From Phoronis australis (lineage: Eukaryota > Animalia > Phoronida), in the NCBI GenBank assembly GCA_002633005.1, contig NMRA01000142.1, forward strand, positions 726,860 through 790,859: a DNA stretch of 64,000 bases. Reading direction: 5' to 3'. The position numbers and the translations under genes are program-made. This document shows, piece by piece, positions 42,901 to 54,900 of the stretch (the first letter of the stretch is position 1; the number at the start of each line of letters is the position of its first letter). The notes beneath the pieces were generated by a model. It had not been told where the DNA came from. It ran no database searches and saw only the letters and a program-made list of their open reading frames with translations.

Positions 42901-45900
42901 AGATGACCAAGCAATATTATGATGTGAGTTGCCTACTTTACGTTGTTACAGCGGTAAGAAATTGCTGTCCCTTAAAAACAGTAAGAAAAAGGTCACAACA
43001 CGAAAGTAGCATAGCAGTTGCTGGTGTCCACAGAGTGAAAAAGGAAAGGTCTGTCATAAATACACAACATTCTCACGCCGTGGAGTGAAACTTGATCTAA
43101 AACTACCAGAAGATATACCTTTTGGTAAATTTTTTTCTAAAACAAAAGCAAAAACCAACGTTAGTAAATAACACCCATGCTCCGGATAAGATGTTGACAA
43201 GCACTTCAGTCCATTACAGTCTGACACATAGCAGTAAATGGCCACAAAAATGGAGTTTTGTAAATTAGGCAAATATTGATCAACCATAAAGGTTATGATA
43301 GAACTGCCATTCAGGATGTGTCAAGCAAGCCCATGCTATCAAGGTAGCATGAACTCTTAGCTAGACTGTATTTGGGTAATATTTACATGAACAAAGTAAA
43401 CAGTAACGCAGTGTTCTCCACAATACCAATTCCAAACTCGACACAAATTTCTAGAGCTCAGTACCAGTAGTCAACACTATAGTATGTTTTAACATCTCCG
43501 CTGGAGGTATTGAGAGGCGTTTCAAAAATGTACATTGAACTGGTCAGGTGTGACCTATTTTTTAACACTTTGTAGGGCCTACACATGACAACCGCTGATG
43601 ACTGTCTCACGAATAAAAAAACTTGTTGTTAAAAGCACGTGGCCAGGAAGCGCGCGCTACATGCCTGTCACTTGACATCGCAGACATTAGTCTCCGGGAA
43701 CTATCGATGAAACTACGCCGGGTAGCCATATCGGCAAGAAATAAATATCGGGCTCTAATTTGAGAAAGTTTCTACTGCCGTAAAAACTGTTGCGTTGTTT
43801 TTAAGAAAGATTGCCTTAATTATCCGATCACTTTTTCAATGCATTCATAATTGGTGTTTGTAAAGTAAACTACGTGATAAAATGCGGCACCGATAGTGGA
43901 CACCTCCACCCCCGAATCTCCGGAAAATAACTCAGACTGTCACACATCCAGTCACCTGGCGACTCAACGACATTCGGCCTTAGGCCCTACTGAGACAATT
44001 CTCGAACGTTTTAATACTAGATGTGATCAGCAAAGGCTAAATAAAACGTGTTCTTGTGATACTGCTCGTGTTATTTCTTTAGTTACAATGCACACCTCCG
44101 GCAAATGAACGCTGATGACACGCACGCGCTCGCTCACTCACACACGCAGACGATCTTCAAAACAAAGGTCACGTGACTACGACAAGTGTGTTCATCCAGA
44201 GATTTTTCTCACGTTGCTGGATACAATCTTGCGCAGATTTAAACCTATCTTGTTTATATTACGGACTCCACAGGAACTTAAAATCTTAGGAACGCTATTT
44301 GGAAAACTTGAGTGAGGATTTCAGGTGATTTGTTGAGTCGAAACTATATATTTTTATTCAAGCTGCCCAATCGACGATCGCTAGGCAGCGGTGCAAAAAG
44401 CCAGCGAGTTTTCGCCCTTGGATTTCAGCACAATTTTCTGTAGAATGATCGTAATTTAACAATGACAAAGTTTGATAGCAATGCGCCACAGTTTTGTTGT
44501 TTTACTGAACGCCTGTCACAAGCAACAGATACATCACATAGCGTAAATTTGATGAATCCTAGCTTCCGATTTCACCCGTTTCAAAGACCGGGTATCAACC
44601 GCCCTTGGTTACAATAAGCGCCCCCGCCCCAGGCGAATACGGTGCTGTTTAACTGCCTCATACTAAAGTGAACTATATGTTTACGGTTGGTAAAATCGGG
44701 CTGATTAGATGCTGAGGGCTGCAGTACCAAGTCAGTCAGGGTTTTAAACCTGGCGCAGCAATTTTTAAACTTGACGCGCTTTCCCCAAACTCAATGTGGT
44801 TGCCCCAAACTCGTTACCGCGTCGAGTCAAAACAGGCCATGGAGAACACTGTAACGTAATAAAATTCAGATAGAAAATGAAACAAAAACACTCTGCTAAA
44901 TGGAGACTAGGTGCAAAAGATTAAGAATAATGGGTGACACACTTCATTTTAATTAAAATTAATCTCAGACTTTCAGAATTATTGAAAACTACAGGGTGAG
45001 ATAAAAATTGGACTGTTGATTCATCACTTACCGATCTCCTGCGATCAGCCTGCGTAATTATCTCACCCGGGTTGTGGAGAGTGCTGTCACCTTTTGTAAA
45101 TACATGACATTACAGTCAGTATTAAGTTAATGTCAGTCATGTGGTCAGCCATGACTGCTTCTTTTCAGTTTTAGATTAAACAACGAATGTAATGAGACAC
45201 AGTACAGGGTTAAAAGAATTAGTATGAGCTAACCACATGACCTGCAGATTTCAACATTAAAATTTCCGCAAGCATAAACAGTAACTAGATCAAGCAAAAA
45301 ATGAAATACGGCAAAAATTCCTTATTTTAGGACAAATCCTTCCAAAATTTAGATTTGACAGCGGAGCATTTTTTCTTATAAATCAAAATACTTCCATAGT
45401 TTTGAATAAAATTCATTTACAATTCTACTGAGACCTAGTATTCTGATTTAATTCAAAGTCGCAGATGTGACTAAAATTTCCTGGAAGATAAATTGGTGTC
45501 CAAAACTGAAGAATTTTTACCGTAAATCACAACCATCAAAAAAAAACAAAACAGCAACTGAACCATCTGTGAACCACCAGCCCAGCATGAATACGCGGTC
45601 AAACGGTTTCAATGCGATGATGCAATGCAGAGCAGACTGACTAGTGCTCGCAAGGTTTGGCTGAAGGGAACACAGCGCAGGAGAGAGTTCACCATATCTA
45701 CAGAAAAACCTCCTGTTACATGCAAGCGGTTGCAATGGGAGCAATAGTACCGTTCTTATGTCCTGGATCTCATCCTGAACTTTCCTCAGAATAGAGCGCT
45801 TGCCCTCGTCCCGAGTGATCTTAAGGACGGGCTGCCACTCCTCGGCCAGGTAATTAAACTCAAGCTCTTCAATGAAAACAAACATTCACCTGACACCCTC

Positions 45901-48900
45901 ACTGTAAGGTGTGACAAACTGAAGCATACTAAGAAAACAGAACAAAGTCAGATTGCCCGAATCAGTGCAGCTATATCTCACTAAACTTGTGGGTAGTACG
46001 TAAATAAATATTTCTTCCCTTTATCCCAGTACAATGGAGCCACTTAATGCAAATTACATTTTCCTGGGAACTTCCAAAAATAGGCTTATGGGTGGATATT
46101 CGATTCGAAAAACCACCTTTCAAAAACGTTAAATGATACCAAATACACGCCCAGACGTATTTTCAGAAAAGGGGGTGTATTTTTGGAAATCGTGTCAAAT
46201 ATTTTATTAAGCAGTTTTAAATCAAATAATCCTGATTAGTTATTCACTTAAGACTGTCTTCAAAGTAAGTAAAAAGGTAGTTACCAAAAAAGTCAACCAA
46301 TATCTCGTTAAAGGTTGGTCACTTGACTGAAATCGGGATCCCAAAATATACTCTCAAGCCAAAAAAAAACAACAAAATTTTACATTTCAAAAACACATTA
46401 CATTACATATTTTACAACAATCTATCAGATTTTTCAACATGCAAACAATTACCGAAAATATGCCCATTGGCAAACTTTTGTGTGGACCCATTTTCGGAAA
46501 TCCCGGGTAATGAAAATAAGCATGAATCACCTCCAAATTATTGCTAACCAAACTGTATTTCCCATTTTTGCAAAATACCTGAAAATCTAAACTAAACTTC
46601 AGAATCTCACACACCTTCACCAAAAGATTGTTTCTTTCCCAAATCCTAATTTTGAGACACATAGTTCAGAGTGCAGTCGTTCAGTAAATCGTTCACGTAA
46701 GAATTTACACTTTGCCAGAGAGGAACGCTGCTTTCAGAGCTTATCAGAAAGATGAACATTTTTGGCTTTCAAAATCATAACCCCGCAGTGTCATTGAGCA
46801 TTCCAAATAAATGTGCAGAAGAAAATTCAAACAGTATAGAGCAAGGAGAAAGCAGCCATTTTTGATGGTACCCCTATTAAATATGCAGATCCCTCGTTGT
46901 CTTGCCGAGGAGGAGGCAGTGTGACCTATTGGGATAAGAAGTGTCTGGAAAATGGCCACCATCTTGATTCTGCATTCACTTCCAATGAACAAACATGTAT
47001 GACCTGCACAGACTGTGTTCAATATTGAGACAGCATGATATTATGTTTCCTCGACTGAAGCAAATGCCGACTCAAGTTGCTGGACTTTTGCCGGGTCATT
47101 TTTAAGGGTCAATTCAAGCCACGAGAACAATCATTAACACATAAAATGTTTTCCAAGATAACCAGGGATCTGAACGTTTAGTAAATAATAACATCAAAAA
47201 CAGATGCATTCTCATTCAATACTTGCTAAAGTATGCGCGAGAAGACTACTGGTGTCCAAGTTGTAACATCGCTGTATGATTTCAAACAAACAATATTATT
47301 TAGTATTGCCCTTGGCAATGCCAGAGGGCCGCAGGATGACAACCCCTGTGACAAACATTGCACTGATCTCCAGTGATTGGTTGCATGAAAAAGTACCGAT
47401 TCAGAGAGCTCACAAAGTTGCCAAAGCAAGTTATGAACGTCCCTGGTAATGCAAGAGTTTTGATTAAGGAGCATTGCATGGTGCTACCACACACTCCGGC
47501 ATTATTGGAAGCTGTCTAATTACGAGTGAAGTTCCTGTGATGTATAATTTAAAGCCATCAAACACTTGGGACACGTTGTTTAAAATCTATTCATACACTT
47601 CCCCGAGTGTCAACAGTACTCTTCATCATACTCATGGTTCTAGTGTCTGAGACTAAACTAAAGGGATTTACTCAAGGTATGCCAAAAAGTTAGGTCCCTA
47701 CTTAGAATGAAAACTAGTTGGAAACTTTTCATGAATTTCATGAAATGATCCTTAAAACTGAGAAATGACCCCAAAGGACGTCCCTAAATTTAAGAGAATG
47801 ATATTTTCATGCAACCAACCACGAGATTCCTATTTCAGGTACAACAATGTCCAACTCAACTATCCTCATGGCGGCCACAGTTTTCAGACCCCTACTTTTC
47901 GTCTCGGGTAAAGCAACACCTTACCTGTACGGGGTCCGAACTCCTTGCCACTCAAGATGTGATGAAGTAACGTCTTCATTTCAAATGGACTCAGGTTCAA
48001 GAGCTGCTCAGAAGCTTCGTCACCTGCAAGTACCATGACGGAAGCGTACTGCGACACTGATAGGTCAGTAATCACAGATTTTCAGTTATCCGCATGCTTA
48101 ATCTCAGCTGCAAACAGATATTGCCATAAACGCTAAATTTTACTAACCACAGAAAACACCGACAGATAACTGCTTTACATAAAAAAGATAAAAACTTATT
48201 TAAGATGCAATATGGTGGACAACAGGACTCCAGCGTTACGATGTCTTGTACTGTACAGCCCTCTGATAGAAAAAGAGGAATCTATCGTTACCATGTTTGT
48301 ATTGTACAGCCCTGATAGAAAACGATAGGAATCTATTTAGCACTCAAACAAAATAATCAGCGATTGAAAAATGAGAAGATAAGAATTTTGGTAATCAATT
48401 TTCTGCGAAATTGGAGATGAGATCATCATTAGTTAAATCTCTACTGAGGCTTCTTCTTAACTTCTAAACGTCACTAAGGTGGCAATATTTTTTTACATCA
48501 GAGTCTTCTTAGCTTGAAAATGATAACTACAAGTCCACTATGTAATGCAACCGGCTGAACCCCCTGATTCAGTGTGATAAGCTGGTTACTAATCGAACAT
48601 GGTGACTGGATATCAACCAGCGGCTGGGTGATTGAGGGGCCGTCATATTTCAGGCAACCTATCAGCTCAGCAGCGCAGCACGAATATGAGGAACTTTGTC
48701 CTGTCTTAGATGAGGGTATTTCTGGTGCCAAGTACTGCTTCAACCAACCCAAAATTTATAAGAACTTTGGCATGCACTAAATTAAACAGAAACAACTACG
48801 CTGGCTACAACACAATAGAATTCCTGGATTTATGACACCTTGATCAATTTTTAGGCACTAAAACCATTGTTCAAGCTAACAATTCCATAATAATTTGATA

Positions 48901-51900
48901 CACCGATGACCAAGTGTTCAAATGACAGGCATGACTCCCAGTGTTTAGACAGTGAAGAATTTCAATTATTTAAAATTAAGGGATTTTCAATGTATGACAA
49001 GCCTGGTGCAAAAGGGTCATCCCAAGCAAATTATTTCACAATAAAAACAATTCACACAAAATTTCAAAAATTGTCATTTTTAGTGGCGTAAGTGGTATTT
49101 TCATCTTCGCGTATCAATGTTGGTATGTTTAACCAAAATTTGCTCTCCAAGAGCAAGTCGCACCACATCAGACCATGCCAGTCACATGAGGGCCAAGTGT
49201 CATGTAGAATCTTGCTCTTTTAAGGAAATTTGGCACTTGGGACCACGTGCTACCAGCGAAACAGAAACTTAAGGGTAAAGAAACACCCATGCACAGAGTC
49301 TGTGATAGTAGTATTAGAGTTGATGACCTCAATTTGTCAAGGTTATGTAGGACCAAAGAAAAATGACAAAATCTGGTCAACTTCGCAACAATTTCTCAGA
49401 AATGGGTGTCAGAATTTTTAGATGCTGATTATATGTCACACTCTGTTTTCCACGCTGTAAGGAATTTTAAGGTGATCCATTTTACAAGAGGGCTATCAAA
49501 AATAGGAAATATCATAATTTTAATGAAAAAGCTAAAAACTGTATAAAATGAGTTAATTTAAATAACTGAAACAGTTTTTTGAGATTTCACCTTGAACATG
49601 TATATCTGCAAATGAAATTTGGTCAAAGTATAGATGCTGGTGTTTTGCTACGAATCTACCTTTCTTCTTGTTAACTTTTACTAAAAAGATGTGGTCACAA
49701 CGCAATCGATGGCAAACTGCTATAAAGAGCAAAATCAAATTCTGCAGGCTTTCTACTTTTAGACAATGTACCCCATTACTGGGTTAATTTTACATTTTAA
49801 AGATATCTGAAAGAATATGCAGATGTGTCTAAAAAGCCATACATAACCTTAATAACGATATTATTTGAGTGACAGTGCTGGAGTAAGGGTGAAAAAAGAC
49901 AAGCAACAACACTGAGCTGAAATGATCGAAGTACAAAGTTTAGATCTTCAGAGCGTGACACAAAACACATAACACTTGTCTGATGTTACGTTTGTCATAA
50001 TCGCCAATTAGAATTTGTCGCAATGCATAAATTACAAGGCTGGGCAATTTCCATTGTTGTGGGAAGAATGTCAGTCGATGAAAATGATAACAAAATAAAC
50101 AAAGTAGGGGAGAACCGAGCCAAATGTAGACAGTAATCTCCGATAATAGGCAAAATGTGGTACAATCCATGCTCTCATAGACTATTATCCAAACCAATCA
50201 ACGCACGTGATTTTCAGAATATCTTATATTGATGCATACCGCTTGGCATTACTGGTAATAAATTAGGAAATTTTTCACAACTTGGATACGTTTTACAGAA
50301 TACCGACTTTAACATTCTTTGGTAGATTTTTTGGCACACTGTAAGCACCCCATCATGAACGCAGTGTGTAAAAGAGTGAGCAGTGGATACTTAATTTTAC
50401 AAATCCCATATTTAGCACCCTATTTAAAAAAAGCCGTTTGCAAATTAGGCGCCATATGCCAATGCCAGAAGACGAGTGCTCTCCAAGTTAACGTGAAAAA
50501 TGGAACTCACGTGATGATGTTAATCGTCATACTTTACCAAACGGAATCGGCAAAAGGGCGAAGCAAAAAATTATTTAACGCACACAAGGGGATGAGTAGC
50601 AGAATGATAGGAAAGAAAGAAAGAGGTGTGGGTAAACCCATCCGTTAATTGATTGACACCTTAGAAACTCAATTTATATTAGACTCTATGTTACCTGCAG
50701 TAATGGAGTTGATGTCTCCTGTTGAGGAATGGTGGAACAAAAAGCATTGAGACGGTCTGACATTTAGTTTTCAACAACAAACAATGCGAGACTCTACTCG
50801 GTGAACTGAGCAAATCACGACAAAAGAAAGAACAAGAAGTCTTAGAGGACATGCAACAAGGAAGGAACAGGTTTACATAAAGGCTTTCGACAATACGAAA
50901 AGTAGCGAAAGTCGACAGTGGGACTAAGCCAACACTAGCTTGACATTTACACTTGTCAACTGTCCTGCTTTTGGTGGGATTGTTGCCAGTTTTTGTTTCC
51001 CATGGTGCAATTAACGTAACTTAAAATATTCTAGCATTTTTCCACATGATTTACTGCAATTTTTATCCGACTACAATAACGTTGCCACGGCACTTTTGTA
51101 TGTTGCAGAAGAACGTGCACCCTACTTGCAATTTGGCACAGCTACAGCTCCTGCTGCTTCATTTTCAATTTTTTTGTGAATGTTTGTTTGTATCCAAAAC
51201 ATGACAGTATACAGTTTTATTCGCCCGCAATCACACACGCTAACACACAGACGTACACATTAATTTCTCTGAGCCTCCAGCTGGTGTTTCTGTAGAGAAG
51301 AAACCAAACCACTTTTGTTAAAATTCAGCATCTTTCACATTTTGCTGATAATTATATTTTTTCATATTACAATGCATTTCCAATTCGTTAATGAAAAATG
51401 TTTTTAGCTTTCAATAATAAATCTGCTTTTTAGCCAATAAAATAATTAAGTTGAAGATTTGATTCAGTAGAAACTTTGGTTTTGCCAAAAATTACTGTAT
51501 ATTAGATATTCAGTGAGTGATCAATGTTTCTCGTGCTAAGACACAAACAATTGGACAATTAATAAAAAAATGTTAATTTTTTTCTGGTTCCCTTTTACAA
51601 AAGGTATATATATCTAACTGAGAAATCCCAATACGTCTTAAGAAATCATTTGTTGTTAAAATTCTATAAACGGTTTTAATTTGTATCCATCTTAGGCCCA
51701 TGTTATCAGAACAAAATACAATTTTGTTAAAATTACTTGCCACTCAGTCATCGGTACAGTGACCTCTAAATTAGCCTGGCACTTATCTAAAACTTTTGGT
51801 TTTTGAAATGATATCTTAAGAAATACATTATCAATATTAATTCATAAAACATTATAAATTCACCTTTCATTTTCAAAACGTTGGCAACTGTAGACATTGT

Positions 51901-54900
51901 AAGACAACACAAACGAAAAAGTTAGTAATAACATCATGGACAAGACTTTCTAAGAGAACCAGTGATGATTCAACACTAAAACTAATTTTTTCTTTGAGTA
52001 CTTTAGGTCTGATTGTGGGGAGCAACAGCATGCTCAACAATGATAGGTCACGAGCAAGGTCACCAACAGGTGTCGCAACACTCCAGACTGTTTTTCTTAC
52101 CAGGACACTTGAGTGTTCGAGCCAGCTCTGAGGCCATGACTTGAATGATCAGACCGACTCTTATACGCAACATCTCATGGAACAAGTGAGGCTCAGTACG
52201 AATGAACATGGCAAGGTACACGAGTAGTTCCTGTAATTGATACAGACAACAAGTATAACATAATGAACACAAGACACACTCAAAAGGTACTCAGGCAATG
52301 GCTCCTGTAACATTACTGTACCAAATATGGACAGCTATGACCACGTAAAGTTTTGCTCACGGCGCATATGGATAGAAAATGAATATGATTATTGAGGATA
52401 GACACACATGTAGAGGAATATAATGAAACTGACTAAACACACACAGAATAGCTTTTGCAGTGTTTCCAAGTTAACATGTACTTTTGATATCAACATGTAG
52501 TTTTACATGTTGTTTACCTATTTGGTTCTGGGTTCAATGCAGTGTAAAGATTCTAGAAATTTCTGAGATCACATCGTAACAACCAATGATATGATTAGAT
52601 AAGATCATGTGGTTTTTACCAGCCAAACATTGAGTATAGTACACAAGGACACATTCATAACAAGCATGACAACATATATCAACAGCTTAATGTAAGATTT
52701 ATACAAACATCTACTTTATTTCACATGACCAATTCTGCAATTTTTACGGACAGGTATACTTCACACAGTTGTGAGAAATCAAACTTGTCTGTTCATTGTA
52801 ATATCAAGTACAGTACGAACTTTGTCGTCCGTAGGTATAGGTCTAAACGTGTAGGTAGTATTAACAGCACATCCTTCTCATCGGTGAACTTATGAAAGTG
52901 ACAAGCTGTAATACTACTACACGATTATACCTATAACTACCAATCCCACAGCAACTTCCAGTGAAGACCATACTCTGGGCAATTTTATCTACAGTGCTAC
53001 TGTCGTTTCTCAAGTGCATTGTGGGACAGTTATCAGCTCATAAACATCCAACAGCATCACAGATAACAAGGGGATGTGTAACTCGATTTATAATTTCCGT
53101 TTCAGGCAGGGAGATTTAAGTTCAACACAATTGGATGGCGCACGCCTCAAGAATTGTTTGCGCAAAAGATCTGTTAATCTATTGAGATGCATTTTGAGGC
53201 CTGAATCCAATCTATGATTGCTTTTTCTGGCAATAGTCTGATGTAACATGCCCGTATTTTGAGAACCAGTTTGATGCCCATTATTCAGTGGAGAAAACTG
53301 GTTCTCAAAATTCGAACACCTTATATCACACCATTACCCTTTTGTCTTACAGGCACCAACAAGACTCTTGCAGTAAAACCAGGAGTGCTGTATATGAAAT
53401 CCCTTAAATTAACAAGAAACTTAATGGCAACACGCTCCATCAACACACTGATTTAATTTACCTGAGTGAGCATAGCTGTACTACTGTCGTTGCCGCACGC
53501 CTCGTGGATTATGCGGGCCGTCTCTTCAGGATTTCGAGGACTGGAATTATACATCATAGAAATTTTTAGCCAAAGAATCGTTTTTCATACAGGTTTACTA
53601 TCTTAGCGACCAGGGACAATATATGAAATGTTTCACAGACAGCAAACGACACACATTTTTGCATCCGACCGATAAATCGGTGGACTACAGCATTTGCATA
53701 GTAAGCACAGGGAGGTATTAGTTTGAGCCCGTCCAGTCTTTAAGCTTTAGTTGGCGTATATATGAATTATCAATAGCTCCTAAACAAGCAAATCAGCCAT
53801 GCAAAGTAAGATTAGCCAAATACCTGGTAATGACCATCTCCCTGAGCGAAGGCTGACCGACGGACAGTTGTTTCTGACGGACCAGAATGTCTGTAGTGGC
53901 CTTGGCTAGATCGTCCACGCGTTTCTTCAACATTCCTGCGGCATGTCGCACCAGCCACCATTTCTTCATCTTTCCAGCCTAGACAATGAGCAGCCAAGTG
54001 TCAACAATGACTTATTAGACTGACGGATCTGGGATATCATCAAGGGGGCTCAACTACAATTTCCAAAGAACAGATGTTGGCAATGAATTGCTGCTTTATG
54101 CCAATGACCTTGGGAGGGAGTGTGGGCCTCTGGTTCCCCTTAATTCCATTCATGTATTTTAAGTTTGAACTCGTATCATCGGTGAGAATTCCGTATAAAA
54201 TTATTTTTAGAAGCACCAGGAGATTCTGGGAAGAAATAAACTCAATGACCAGCGGAGTATTGCATCACATAGGGTTTGTGAATTTGGTCACTTTACTTAG
54301 CTCAGAACACTCTGAAGCTTTGTGCATCCATGTTTGTAGCTATAAATGTGAAGGAATAAATATTCTACTACATCAATAATTTGGCCTTTAGCCACCACTT
54401 CCTTCAAAGTAAAGATGGGTTATTTTATAAGGACACCATGCAGCAAAAATATACATATTGATCAAAGTCATAATAAAGGTATCGATTTACATGTCAATGT
54501 CACAAATACATGGTTCCACGACAGAAAAATGTTGCAAAATTTCATCAGCTGATAATCTGTTGTATTGTATTACACAGAACATTGCACTGGTTGCACTGCT
54601 TTACTTAATGGCTTTCCCTCACCAGAGGTCACTACTCACCTTCTGGTACAGCTCCACCTGTAGGTCTTTGATTGTACAACCTGGCTTCCCAGCCATTTGG
54701 GTGTCCCAATCAGAGCCTCTGGAATAATCACAACTCATTTACGGTAAAAACTCATAAATTTTTGACAAAAGTGAATAATTATTACCAAATTTGCCCTTTT
54801 TTCATGCTTTTTAATTTGTCCAGGAGATTCCGCCAACTTGGTTCTAACGCTTGCCACTTTTCTATGGGAAAATCACCAGTTTAACTCCGTTTTATAACAC

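Noticed and set aside
41992-43287. Twin 77-aa ORFs ([10 protein letters not shown]...)
   Set aside because: They are duplicated only because of the n-joined duplication, and they resemble no protein family I recognise.
52780-52845. Possible paralogous alternative to the PRNPEET exon ([16 protein letters not shown])
   Set aside because: In-frame TGA before any suitable donor; the similarity is marginal.
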